NCBI GenBank assembly: GCA_024958795.1
Contig: JANXHP010000009.1
Location: forward strand, 34,776 to 98,775
Direction of reading: 5' to 3'
Length of the DNA stretch: 64,000 bases
Source: Candidatus Poseidoniaceae archaeon
GTDB taxonomy: Archaea > Thermoplasmatota > Poseidoniia > Poseidoniales > Poseidoniaceae
Part shown: positions 48,616 through 56,999 of the stretch, piece by piece
Numbering within the stretch: position 1 is the stretch's first letter
Layout of the letters: each line of letters starts with the position of its first letter
The notes under the pieces: generated by a model
What the model was told of the DNA's origin: nothing
Databases searched by the model: none
What the model saw: the letters and a program-made list of their open reading frames with translations, nothing else
Made by a program: the position numbers and the translations under genes

Positions 48616-50178
48616 ATGGCAGAGAAGCAGAGCGAGGCTGTTGTCAATTTGCGCAGTATGCGTGAAAAGTCTCGCTTAGGAGGCGGTCTAAAGGCTCAAG
48701 AGGCAATTCGTGTCTCTGGAAGGGGTACTGCTAGAGATAGAATTAGTATGCTTCTAGATGAAGACTCCTTCGTCGAAATAGACGCATTTGTCACTCACCG
48801 TACTACTGATCATGGAATGTTTATGCATCATACTCTTGGAGATGGAGTTGTTGCTGGACATGGAACGATAAATGGAAGGCGAGTATTCTGTTTTTCTCAA
48901 GACTTTAGCGTTCATGGAGGTAGCATGGGTGAAATGCATGCTAAGAAAATTGCTAAAATTGTAGAAATGGCAGACAAGGCAAAAACTCCAATCATTGGTA
49001 TGTGGGATGGGGGAGGTCAAAGGGCTCAAGATGGAGTCAATGGCCTAGCTGGAACTGGAGAATTGTTAGACCGTTTGGTTCAATGTAGTGGACGGATTCC
49101 AATGATTAGTTTGGTGCTAGGACCAGTTGTTGGTGTATCTGCTCTCGCTGCAAGTTTGGCAGATTTTACAATTCTTGGTGAAGAGCATGGACAATTATTC
49201 CTCTCATCACCGATTGAAACACCTGAAGTCATTTGTGGAGAAGTGGATGCTGCTGGATTAGGCGGAGCAACTTTACACGCTTCTCGTTCTGGAATTGCTT
49301 GTCAAATTGCAAGTGATGAAGAGGATGCTTGTTTGTTAGCAACTGAGATTCTATCTTATCTTCCCGACAATTGTATGTCCGATGCTCCATTAGAAGAAAC
49401 TGCAGATCCAATAACAAGACTAAACACTAGTCTAGAAACACTTGTACCCGATAATCCAAACAAACCATATGATATGGTCAAGGTAATTGAAGAAGTTGTT
49501 GATGATGGGATTTTTGTTGAATTGTTTGAAGCATATGCAGATAATATCATCATCGGTTTTGCACGATTGAATGGTATGCCAATTGGCGTTGTTGGAAATC
49601 AACCTAAGGTCTTAGCAGGATGTTTAGATATTGATGCTTCAATTAAAGCCGCTCGCTTCATTAGAACTTGTGATGCTTTCAATATCCCATTGGTCACTTT
49701 TGAAGATGTACCGGGATTCCTTCCAGGTGTAGTTCAAGAATGGGGTGGAATTATTAGGCACGGGGCAAAGTTACTATTCGCATATGCTGAAGCTACTGTT
49801 CCTAAACTTACATTGATAATAAGAAAAGCATACGGAGGAGCATATTTAGCAATGTCTTGTAAGCACCTACAGAGCGATTATAACGTTGCTTGGCCGACTG
49901 CAGAATTGGCGGTGATGGGTGCTGAAGGTGCAGTAAATGTCATCCATCGCAGAGAAATAAACGCAGTGGATGACGAACATAAGGAAGAAGTTCGCCTTCG
50001 TCTAGTCGCCGAATATAAGAACAAATTCGGAGACCCATATGTCGCTGCTCGAAATGGATGGTTAGATGATGTCATTGAACCTGAGGAATCAAGGATGCGT
50101 TTGTGCCGTGCATTGAATATTGTCAAATCTAAACGCGAGTGGTCTCCTCCTAAGAAGCATGGTAATATTCCATTATGA
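48616..50178 (+). CDS. Acyl-CoA carboxylase carboxyltransferase (beta) subunit, PccB/MmdA-like
   Basis: Motifs GDGVVAGHG, QDFSVHGGS, DVPGFLPG, GIIRHGAK, RKAYGGAY, KKHGNIPL. Confidence 0.92.
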   Translation: MAEKQSEAVVNLRSMREKSRLGGGLKAQEAIRVSGRGTARDRISMLLDEDSFVEIDAFVTHRTTDHGMFMHHTLGDGVVAGHGTINGRRVFCFSQDFSVHGGSMGEMHAKKIAKIVEMADKAKTPIIGMWDGGGQRAQDGVNGLAGTGELLDRLVQCSGRIPMISLVLGPVVGVSALAASLADFTILGEEHGQLFLSSPIETPEVICGEVDAAGLGGATLHASRSGIACQIASDEEDACLLATEILSYLPDNCMSDAPLEETADPITRLNTSLETLVPDNPNKPYDMVKVIEEVVDDGIFVELFEAYADNIIIGFARLNGMPIGVVGNQPKVLAGCLDIDASIKAARFIRTCDAFNIPLVTFEDVPGFLPGVVQEWGGIIRHGAKLLFAYAEATVPKLTLIIRKAYGGAYLAMSCKHLQSDYNVAWPTAELAVMGAEGAVNVIHRREINAVDDEHKEEVRLRLVAEYKNKFGDPYVAARNGWLDDVIEPEESRMRLCRALNIVKSKREWSPPKKHGNIPL

Positions 50179-50181
50179 GAA

Positions 50182-52965
50182 TTACATATTCTTTGCTCTT
50201 GCTAGAAGACCTGATGTACTTGATTCAACCTCACTTTCTGCATCACTATCTACTTCCTCAGTGCTAACTTTTTGTTCCTCATTTGGTAATTGCTGACGAA
50301 GTAATTGTGCATTAGAATCAGAATTCTTAGTAATAATAATAACAACAACAATACCTAGTAATAGCCCTGTTATTCCGATTATCATTTTGCTAGAAATTGA
50401 ATCACTTTGCACATTTTCTGTTTCTTCTGTAGCTGGCTTGATATTCATGTCCAAAGTATATTCTATCCCTACTGTTTGATTTAGTTCCAAGTCTGTAACG
50501 CGAATAGTGATAGTAATATTTCCATCATGTTGCTGTGGTAAAACGAGCATTGTAACACATATGGAGGTATGCTGAGATTCATCGGTGGTGCATGAAGAGG
50601 TAACATTTTGTGAAACATTTTCAAGGTAAAAACTCACATCTGCTTGCTGTTCTTCATCTAAATCGGTTAGATCCCATTGGACTGTAGCAGCCGTTTTGTC
50701 AATCAAATTAACATTACCAATTGTAATTGTTGGCAAATCAGGTTGAGGGGCAATTGTGACATTCAAAATTGCTGAATAAGTAGTAATTCCATCAGTAACA
50801 TTTAGGCTTTGAGAATTGCAAATACCATATTTATCTGGTTTCACATTGACCATTAAATCATTACCTGCAATGACGAAATTACATTTAGAGGATTCAACCC
50901 CTTCAATGGACCAAATCAACGGATCACCATCGATATCATAAGCGAAATCACGCAGGTCTAGAACAATTGATTCGTCTTCAGTAGCGTTAATATTCCAAGC
51001 GGAATTATTGCTTACTAAAATGTCATCAACCGCTAATACATTTATTGGAATATCTAGGTTTAGTGCTGTATTGAATCCATCACCTACTAGCATATGAATT
51101 ACTACTGCACCATGTTGATTTGCAAGAGGTGTAATCGTAACTACACCATCAGCAATATCTATCGAAACTGGACCCAATTCCGAGGATGTATTCATGTTTA
51201 CCAGACCTGCAATTTCCTCCCCTTCAGGGTCAAATACATATTCAGACAGATTCAACATTATAGGTTCTGAATCCTCATTCATTTCCTGTAATGGCACATT
51301 TTTTATCAAACTAGCTGGGTCATCAACTGGCATTACTCGAAGAGTGATTTCTGTAGTTGTTTCATCAAGAGTTTGACCGCCTGCTCTTAATTCAAGCCTT
51401 AGATTATTCAAGCCAGTCCATTCTTCATCCACACTATGGAAGACTGTAAATCCAAGATTATCTGAATCAATTTGGAAATGGAAATGTTGGGAGTTTTGAC
51501 CGACCAATGTTGCATTATCAAGGAATACACTCTGCCCATCAGGGTCATATGCAATCAAACCATTTTCAACATGAGTACTACCTCTTTGAGGAATATCGAT
51601 AATTGCCGGTGGAGTCAATACAACCAATGGTGAATCTGTTCTAACAATATCTAGATGTCTATGAGAAGGTGCACCTTCAACATATACGCTAATCGTCAAA
51701 CGGTTATGTCCCGGTTGGACATCGGCCATAGGGAATAGGCATACAGCTACACCATCAGCGTCAATTTGTCCAATAGTCTCATTCTCAACCGATTCAATAG
51801 CACAAACCACAGTTACATTCCATTCACTTGGTAATTGTGAATAATTTAAGCCATTACGTAAAGTCCAATCCATTTTCAAATTCACCGTATCTTCAGGCCC
51901 CATTGATTCATTATTATTTGGAACTGACCAAAGCGCACCTACTTTGAGCCAATCAGCAGAAGATAGATTCTCAACCACATAAGAATCTGGGTCGGAAACA
52001 ACACTTGATGTGACTGGCCTATTGAAAGCATCACGGAAACGACTGTGATCTCCTCTCAAAACTGCATCTAAATATGCAACAATATGGTTTGAACTCAAAT
52101 CTAATTGAGCCTCTTTACTCATTGTAGCGTCACCATCATCGTTTTCAAAAATGGAAGTGGTATCTTGGAATTGGTAGTGATTTGCGCCTAATAGGTGCAT
52201 CATTTGCCAAGAAAAATCCTTGATTGTTTGGAGCCTACTTATGGCATCAGGTGCAGGTGCGACTTCATCGGTTGTTCCCGTGATAAATAACCCAGTATTC
52301 GGAACAGGTGCTTGCCAATCTGTTGCTGCAAATGGTCTGAATTGCTGATTCCAAGAAGAAAAGTCCGCACCAACTGCAAATATTCCACTTGGACCATGTG
52401 TTGTGTTTCCATCATCACTTGCTAGCCAATATGGGTATAGCGATGTCGCGGTCATTGCACCAACGCCATGGCCTGAAAGCGCCCAGTGGTTTACATCGAC
52501 ATTGCCAAATCCGCCTAATATCACTGCATGAGAATTATTTGTATTATTCATCAATTCAAGTGCTGTTTGAGCAATCTCAAGCCCCTCAGTTAGGTCGTTG
52601 GAATCGCTCATTTCTTGGCTAACAAGAACAATGTAACCGCGCTTTACGATTTCACTTGTTAATTCCATATAACCATCTTGAGCCTCTCCATCTGAACCAA
52701 AAAATAGCACCCATGGAAATGGTCCATTACCTGCCATTTCATCATCGCTACCACCAGTCATTGCAGGATATATCATCTCAAATCCTTGAGAATTTGGACC
52801 AAATCCGATGTTAATGTCACTCCAGCCAATTGGAAAATCAATCCCTTGATGTATAGGTTCAAAATTGTCATCCTCTTGTAAAAGGGATGCACTAACTACT
52901 GGAAATAATGCTGAAATAAGGAGCATTGATAAAATAAATAGTGATGATTTTACAAATTCTCTCAT
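50182..52965 (-). CDS. Secreted, membrane-anchored alpha/beta-hydrolase-fold (chlorophyllase/cutinase-like) protein with cadherin-like repeats
   Basis: Signal peptide, YPA...GPFP, elbow GHGVG, GTTDEVAP, GANHYQF. DPDG/DPEG/DIDGD cadherin-like repeats. TM helix and acidic tail. Confidence 0.75.
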   Translation of the reverse strand: MREFVKSSLFILSMLLISALFPVVSASLLQEDDNFEPIHQGIDFPIGWSDINIGFGPNSQGFEMIYPAMTGGSDDEMAGNGPFPWVLFFGSDGEAQDGYMELTSEIVKRGYIVLVSQEMSDSNDLTEGLEIAQTALELMNNTNNSHAVILGGFGNVDVNHWALSGHGVGAMTATSLYPYWLASDDGNTTHGPSGIFAVGADFSSWNQQFRPFAATDWQAPVPNTGLFITGTTDEVAPAPDAISRLQTIKDFSWQMMHLLGANHYQFQDTTSIFENDDGDATMSKEAQLDLSSNHIVAYLDAVLRGDHSRFRDAFNRPVTSSVVSDPDSYVVENLSSADWLKVGALWSVPNNNESMGPEDTVNLKMDWTLRNGLNYSQLPSEWNVTVVCAIESVENETIGQIDADGVAVCLFPMADVQPGHNRLTISVYVEGAPSHRHLDIVRTDSPLVVLTPPAIIDIPQRGSTHVENGLIAYDPDGQSVFLDNATLVGQNSQHFHFQIDSDNLGFTVFHSVDEEWTGLNNLRLELRAGGQTLDETTTEITLRVMPVDDPASLIKNVPLQEMNEDSEPIMLNLSEYVFDPEGEEIAGLVNMNTSSELGPVSIDIADGVVTITPLANQHGAVVIHMLVGDGFNTALNLDIPINVLAVDDILVSNNSAWNINATEDESIVLDLRDFAYDIDGDPLIWSIEGVESSKCNFVIAGNDLMVNVKPDKYGICNSQSLNVTDGITTYSAILNVTIAPQPDLPTITIGNVNLIDKTAATVQWDLTDLDEEQQADVSFYLENVSQNVTSSCTTDESQHTSICVTMLVLPQQHDGNITITIRVTDLELNQTVGIEYTLDMNIKPATEETENVQSDSISSKMIIGITGLLLGIVVVIIITKNSDSNAQLLRQQLPNEEQKVSTEEVDSDAESEVESSTSGLLARAKNM

Positions 52966-53012
52966 CCTTGCCACTAAGTGGCAACTGTAAGCCATTGTTC
53001 TTTGATGCTTCG

Positions 53013-54071
53013 TTATTTTGTGTATTCTTCCATCATAGTTTCAGCATATACTAATTTTGTCAGCAGTAATCCAATAGATGGAAGCATATCACCCAATTGT
53101 GGTGCCCAAAAATTGGACCAGCATTCTAAATGCTGAGCTGCAAGTAACCAACGGCCATCAAATGGCCCCTGTGACAACTTCTCAATTCTTTCTTCTGCGG
53201 TACCCTGCATAGATGAATATGGCGCCTCAAATACAACTTTTGCTTTATCATGAGATGATTCTGCATCTTGAATTTTATTTAGTTCACCACCATCAAAGTT
53301 AATGAAAACATCTATCTTTCCAGTGTAGTCTTTACTATCTATCCATTCACCTTTTGGAAGTGGACGTCGCCCCTCTATCGCAATTACCTTTCCACCTGAA
53401 TTAATCCATTCATGAGCAGTACTACGGGCAGCACCACCTCCACCAAGTATTGCCAATACTGCTCCATCTGCAACATCTATCCCATGATAATCCACGACTG
53501 AAACTACTCCTAATCCGTCAAATGTACCACAAAACCAACCTTGACCATCCCATCTAAGACAATTTACAGATTGAATTTCCATAGAATTATCAATCGAACG
53601 AACCGCATTACTGACCAAGGTATGTTTTAGGGGAGATGTTAAATTGATCCAAACCTCTTCATTCAACGCAGATCTAGGGAGTTTTGAATTGCTTAATAAT
53701 TCCATTTTTTCTGACATTTCTTGTATTTGTAATTCTAAACTTTTGTTGGTTTTTGATTCTACTAACGAAGAACAATCAAGTACTTTTCTTGAAGCTTCAA
53801 TTGCCTTTTCTAATAACGCAGTTGTTCTATATTTGCCGAATGGTGCACCAGTCCATTTCCAAGGTAATGAGTTGGGCATTGAGCCCGCATATCCCCATGC
53901 AAGTGTATCCGCAATCGTTGTTGTTTCTACTAAATCTAACTTTAATAGTTTGAAATTTGACAACAAATTTGATTTCATTGAAACAAGATGGTCGTGAACT
54001 ATTGCCATTAGTAATGGAGACAATGAATGTTCAACAGGAGAACCTGCTATCGCATAACGTACCCCTGCCAC
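53013..54071 (-). CDS. Divergent shikimate dehydrogenase (AroE) family protein
   Basis: Motifs GSPVEHSLSP, NLTSPLK, SVNCL, TFDGLG, LGGGGAARS, DGRWLLAAQ. Confidence 0.75.
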   Translation of the reverse strand: MAGVRYAIAGSPVEHSLSPLLMAIVHDHLVSMKSNLLSNFKLLKLDLVETTTIADTLAWGYAGSMPNSLPWKWTGAPFGKYRTTALLEKAIEASRKVLDCSSLVESKTNKSLELQIQEMSEKMELLSNSKLPRSALNEEVWINLTSPLKHTLVSNAVRSIDNSMEIQSVNCLRWDGQGWFCGTFDGLGVVSVVDYHGIDVADGAVLAILGGGGAARSTAHEWINSGGKVIAIEGRRPLPKGEWIDSKDYTGKIDVFINFDGGELNKIQDAESSHDKAKVVFEAPYSSMQGTAEERIEKLSQGPFDGRWLLAAQHLECWSNFWAPQLGDMLPSIGLLLTKLVYAETMMEEYTK

Positions 54072-54165
54072 GAATATACATATGGAAGGTAGTTATTGAA
54101 TACTTGTCGCTTACAATGTCAAAAAACGGGAGAGGATTCAATAATGAGTAAACACAGGGGCTAAT

Positions 54166-54540
54166 ATGCAAGATATCAAGTTCAAGGCGGAGAAATCCAC
54201 CATTAGCATGTTAACTGGTGCGCTTGGATTATACATGACTGCTGCGATGTGGTTTGAATTTAATGAGGCTTTGGGGTTTTATCTGGGACCTAGTTTAGGA
54301 GTGATAATCGGTACTATTGTTTTTTTAATATATCAATCCAACAAAAATGTTAAAGAATTTTCATTGGATGGAAATTACGATACTTCTGAACGTACAGCGG
54401 GTGTTGTGCAGGCCGATGGTAGAGTGTATCAAACCGACGGCTATATAGAACCGGGAAGAAATGCTGTTGGATATATTGCCATAATATATGTCATCATCAT
54501 TATTCTCAGTGAATTAACTTGGTCGAATTTGATTATTTGA
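54166..54540 (+). CDS. Hypothetical membrane protein (3 TM)
   Basis: Hydrophobic helices; TTCAAT box at -29. Confidence 0.7.
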   Translation: MQDIKFKAEKSTISMLTGALGLYMTAAMWFEFNEALGFYLGPSLGVIIGTIVFLIYQSNKNVKEFSLDGNYDTSERTAGVVQADGRVYQTDGYIEPGRNAVGYIAIIYVIIIILSELTWSNLII

Positions 54541-54550
54541 GGTTTAAAAA

Positions 54551-54805
54551 ATGTCAGGCCTACTTGATGTTTTCATGATGAAGGAAAGAGTGAATGATGG
54601 TTCAAATCCCATCTTGATCGTCTTAGAAAAGGCTTCAATGATGTTAACACTATTTATTATTGGAACTATTGGTTATGGATTAAATCTTCCAGGTTGGGGA
54701 ATCGGATTACTTGTAGGTGCTAGTTTAGGACCTGTGGTGTATATTCATTACTACATATTATACATTAGACCTCTGAAAAAGAGGGGCAACATTGATGGCA
54801 AATAA
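54551..54805 (+). CDS. Small hypothetical membrane protein (2 TM)
   Basis: GAGGT RBS, two hydrophobic helices, 10 nt after the previous stop. Confidence 0.7.
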   Translation: MSGLLDVFMMKERVNDGSNPILIVLEKASMMLTLFIIGTIGYGLNLPGWGIGLLVGASLGPVVYIHYYILYIRPLKKRGNIDGK

Positions 54806-54831
54806 CTAATCTCAAAGATTGAGGCGGAAAT

Positions 54832-55461
54832 ATGAGTGGACTCTTTTCTTCAATTTTAGGATTTTTAGGCTTAGAAGCCATTACTGGCGTAGACTTATTA
54901 TTTGCAGGTTCTGCAATTGTGGGAACTATATTGTTCATCATTTATTTCCTATTGGTACTAGTTGGCGGTGTAGCTGATGGAGCATTGGATGTGATGGGTT
55001 TTGATGTTGACTTGGATGTCGGTGCTGAAGGAATATTCCATATGCTTACAATACAAGGATTACTGAGTTTCATGATGATGTTTGGTATTTTTGGATTAGG
55101 TGTATCGCAATCAAATGACAATGTGTTGTATGCCATTGGCGCGGGTACAATCGCCGGTATAGGCTCTATGTGGGTCATTGGCAAAGTATTCCAAATGATG
55201 AAAAGTTTAGAGACCGATGGCACTGTAAAATATCACGAAGCAATTGGGGCAAAAGGAAAAGTGTATCAAACAATTTTCCCAGGTGATTCAGGTCAAGTTC
55301 AAGTAGAGTTCACTGGTGCTCTAAGAACAGTTTCTGCTGTTAGTCATGATGAAAAGGAAAAGATTGAAACTGGAAAATTCATTCAAGTGGTAGACCATAT
55401 TAGTGAAACTCTAATAGTAAAATCAATTTCAGTCACTGTTGTTAGCGATTCTGAAGAATAA
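54832..55461 (+). CDS. NfeD-like (YuaF/YqiJ-type) membrane protein
   Basis: N-terminal TM helices with an acidic loop. C-terminal OB-fold IGAKGKVYQTI.PG.SGQVQV...A...IETG..IQVV. Lies directly upstream of flotillin. Confidence 0.82.
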   Translation: MSGLFSSILGFLGLEAITGVDLLFAGSAIVGTILFIIYFLLVLVGGVADGALDVMGFDVDLDVGAEGIFHMLTIQGLLSFMMMFGIFGLGVSQSNDNVLYAIGAGTIAGIGSMWVIGKVFQMMKSLETDGTVKYHEAIGAKGKVYQTIFPGDSGQVQVEFTGALRTVSAVSHDEKEKIETGKFIQVVDHISETLIVKSISVTVVSDSEE

Positions 55462-55511
55462 GGTATAGCATAATCGGGTCAAGACTCATAAAGGAGTGCT
55501 CTCATGGCTGT

Positions 55512-56909
55512 ATGAGTACTATGGCATCAGGAGCATTGTTTCTTTTAGGAATTGGATTATTTGTAGCAGTTGTGATGGGTACAATCTATATCGCAACATC
55601 AAGATATAAGTTAGCACCATCAGACAAAATTTTGGTTGTATATGGTAATGTAAAGACGGGTGGAGCAGCAGCCTGTTATCACGGCGGTGGACGCGTCGTA
55701 TGGCCTTTAATCCAACATTATGCATATTTAGATCTAAAACCGATGACTATTCTAATCAACCTTGAACACGCACTTTCATCACAAAACATTCGTGTTACTG
55801 TACCTTCAACATTTACTATCGGTGTTTCAACTGAACCATCCATTATGTCAAATGCTGCAGAGCGTTTACTTGGATTAAATCAACCACAGATTGAAGATAT
55901 GGCTAAAGAAATTATTTTTGGTCAACTTCGTCTTACAGTTGCATCTCTTTCAATTGAAGCAATCAATTCAGACAGAGAGGCTTTCTTGCGAGATGTTTCA
56001 TTGAATGTTGACACTGAACTTCACAAGATTGGACTTTACCTAATCAACGTTAACATTATCGATATTACTGATGAATCCGATTATATCAAATCCATTGGTG
56101 TTGCTGCTGCTACAGAAGCAATTGCTAAGGCGGATATCGCTCGTTCAACCGCTGAAAGAGATGGTCGCATTGGTGTATCCAATGCAGAGAGGGCAATGAG
56201 AACTGAAGTTGCTAATAACGATGCAGAAGCTGTGAAAGGTGAGAAAGATGCTGAAGCAATGAAGCGTATTTACATCAATCAACAAGAAGCACTTGCTGTT
56301 GAAGGTGAAAACGTTTCAGCTGCTTCTATTGCCCATTACAATGCTGATCTTGCTGAGAAAGAGGCAGAAGCACTTCAACGTGCAGAAGTTGCAAAGCGTA
56401 TGGCTCAAGTAAATATTCAGAAGGCTCAATATGAGATGGAAGGAGAAAGACTTCGTGCTGAAGAAATTGCTCGTGAAGAAATTGCTAAGGAACAAATCGA
56501 AATCGCTGCTTCCGCAGAGGCTAGCAGAGAACGTCTAATCGCGCAAGGTCAAGCAGATGCTACACTTGCACGATATAATGCAGAGGCTGCTGGACAACAA
56601 GCGGTATTAGAAGCAAAGGCTGCTGGATATGCACAACTAGTGAAAAGTGCTGGTGGCGATGCAAAGGCTGCTGCTACCTTGCTAATGGTTGAGAAGATTG
56701 AAACATTGGTTGCAAAGCAAACTGAGGCAATAGCGAACTTGAAGATTGACAAGATTACTGTTTGGGATTCAGGTAATGGGGGAGAATCTGGAGGTTCTAC
56801 AGCGAACTTCGTTTCCTCCCTAATCAAGTCTTTACCACCAGTACATGATGTTGCAGCAATGGCTGGAGTAGACCTTCCAGATTACCTTGGAAACGTCAAA
56901 GACGAATGA
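55512..56909 (+). CDS. Flotillin-like SPFH/band 7 protein
   Basis: N-terminal TM, SPFH domain (ALSSQNIRV...AAERLLGL...GQLR), AEA-rich coiled coil, KIDKITVWD. Confidence 0.92.
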   Translation: MSTMASGALFLLGIGLFVAVVMGTIYIATSRYKLAPSDKILVVYGNVKTGGAAACYHGGGRVVWPLIQHYAYLDLKPMTILINLEHALSSQNIRVTVPSTFTIGVSTEPSIMSNAAERLLGLNQPQIEDMAKEIIFGQLRLTVASLSIEAINSDREAFLRDVSLNVDTELHKIGLYLINVNIIDITDESDYIKSIGVAAATEAIAKADIARSTAERDGRIGVSNAERAMRTEVANNDAEAVKGEKDAEAMKRIYINQQEALAVEGENVSAASIAHYNADLAEKEAEALQRAEVAKRMAQVNIQKAQYEMEGERLRAEEIAREEIAKEQIEIAASAEASRERLIAQGQADATLARYNAEAAGQQAVLEAKAAGYAQLVKSAGGDAKAAATLLMVEKIETLVAKQTEAIANLKIDKITVWDSGNGGESGGSTANFVSSLIKSLPPVHDVAAMAGVDLPDYLGNVKDE

Positions 56910-56999
56910 TTTGACTAATTTCAAAGACCCTGCAAATGGCTATTTCAGCCCATAATTGAAGCGAGGGATTGAAAGGTGGTTGTGCGCGCAACCGACCAT

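Noticed and set aside
11612-52965. PGF-CTERM/archaeosortase signals on the surface proteins
   Set aside because: No PGF motif precedes the TM helices, and the tails are long and acidic rather than short and basic.
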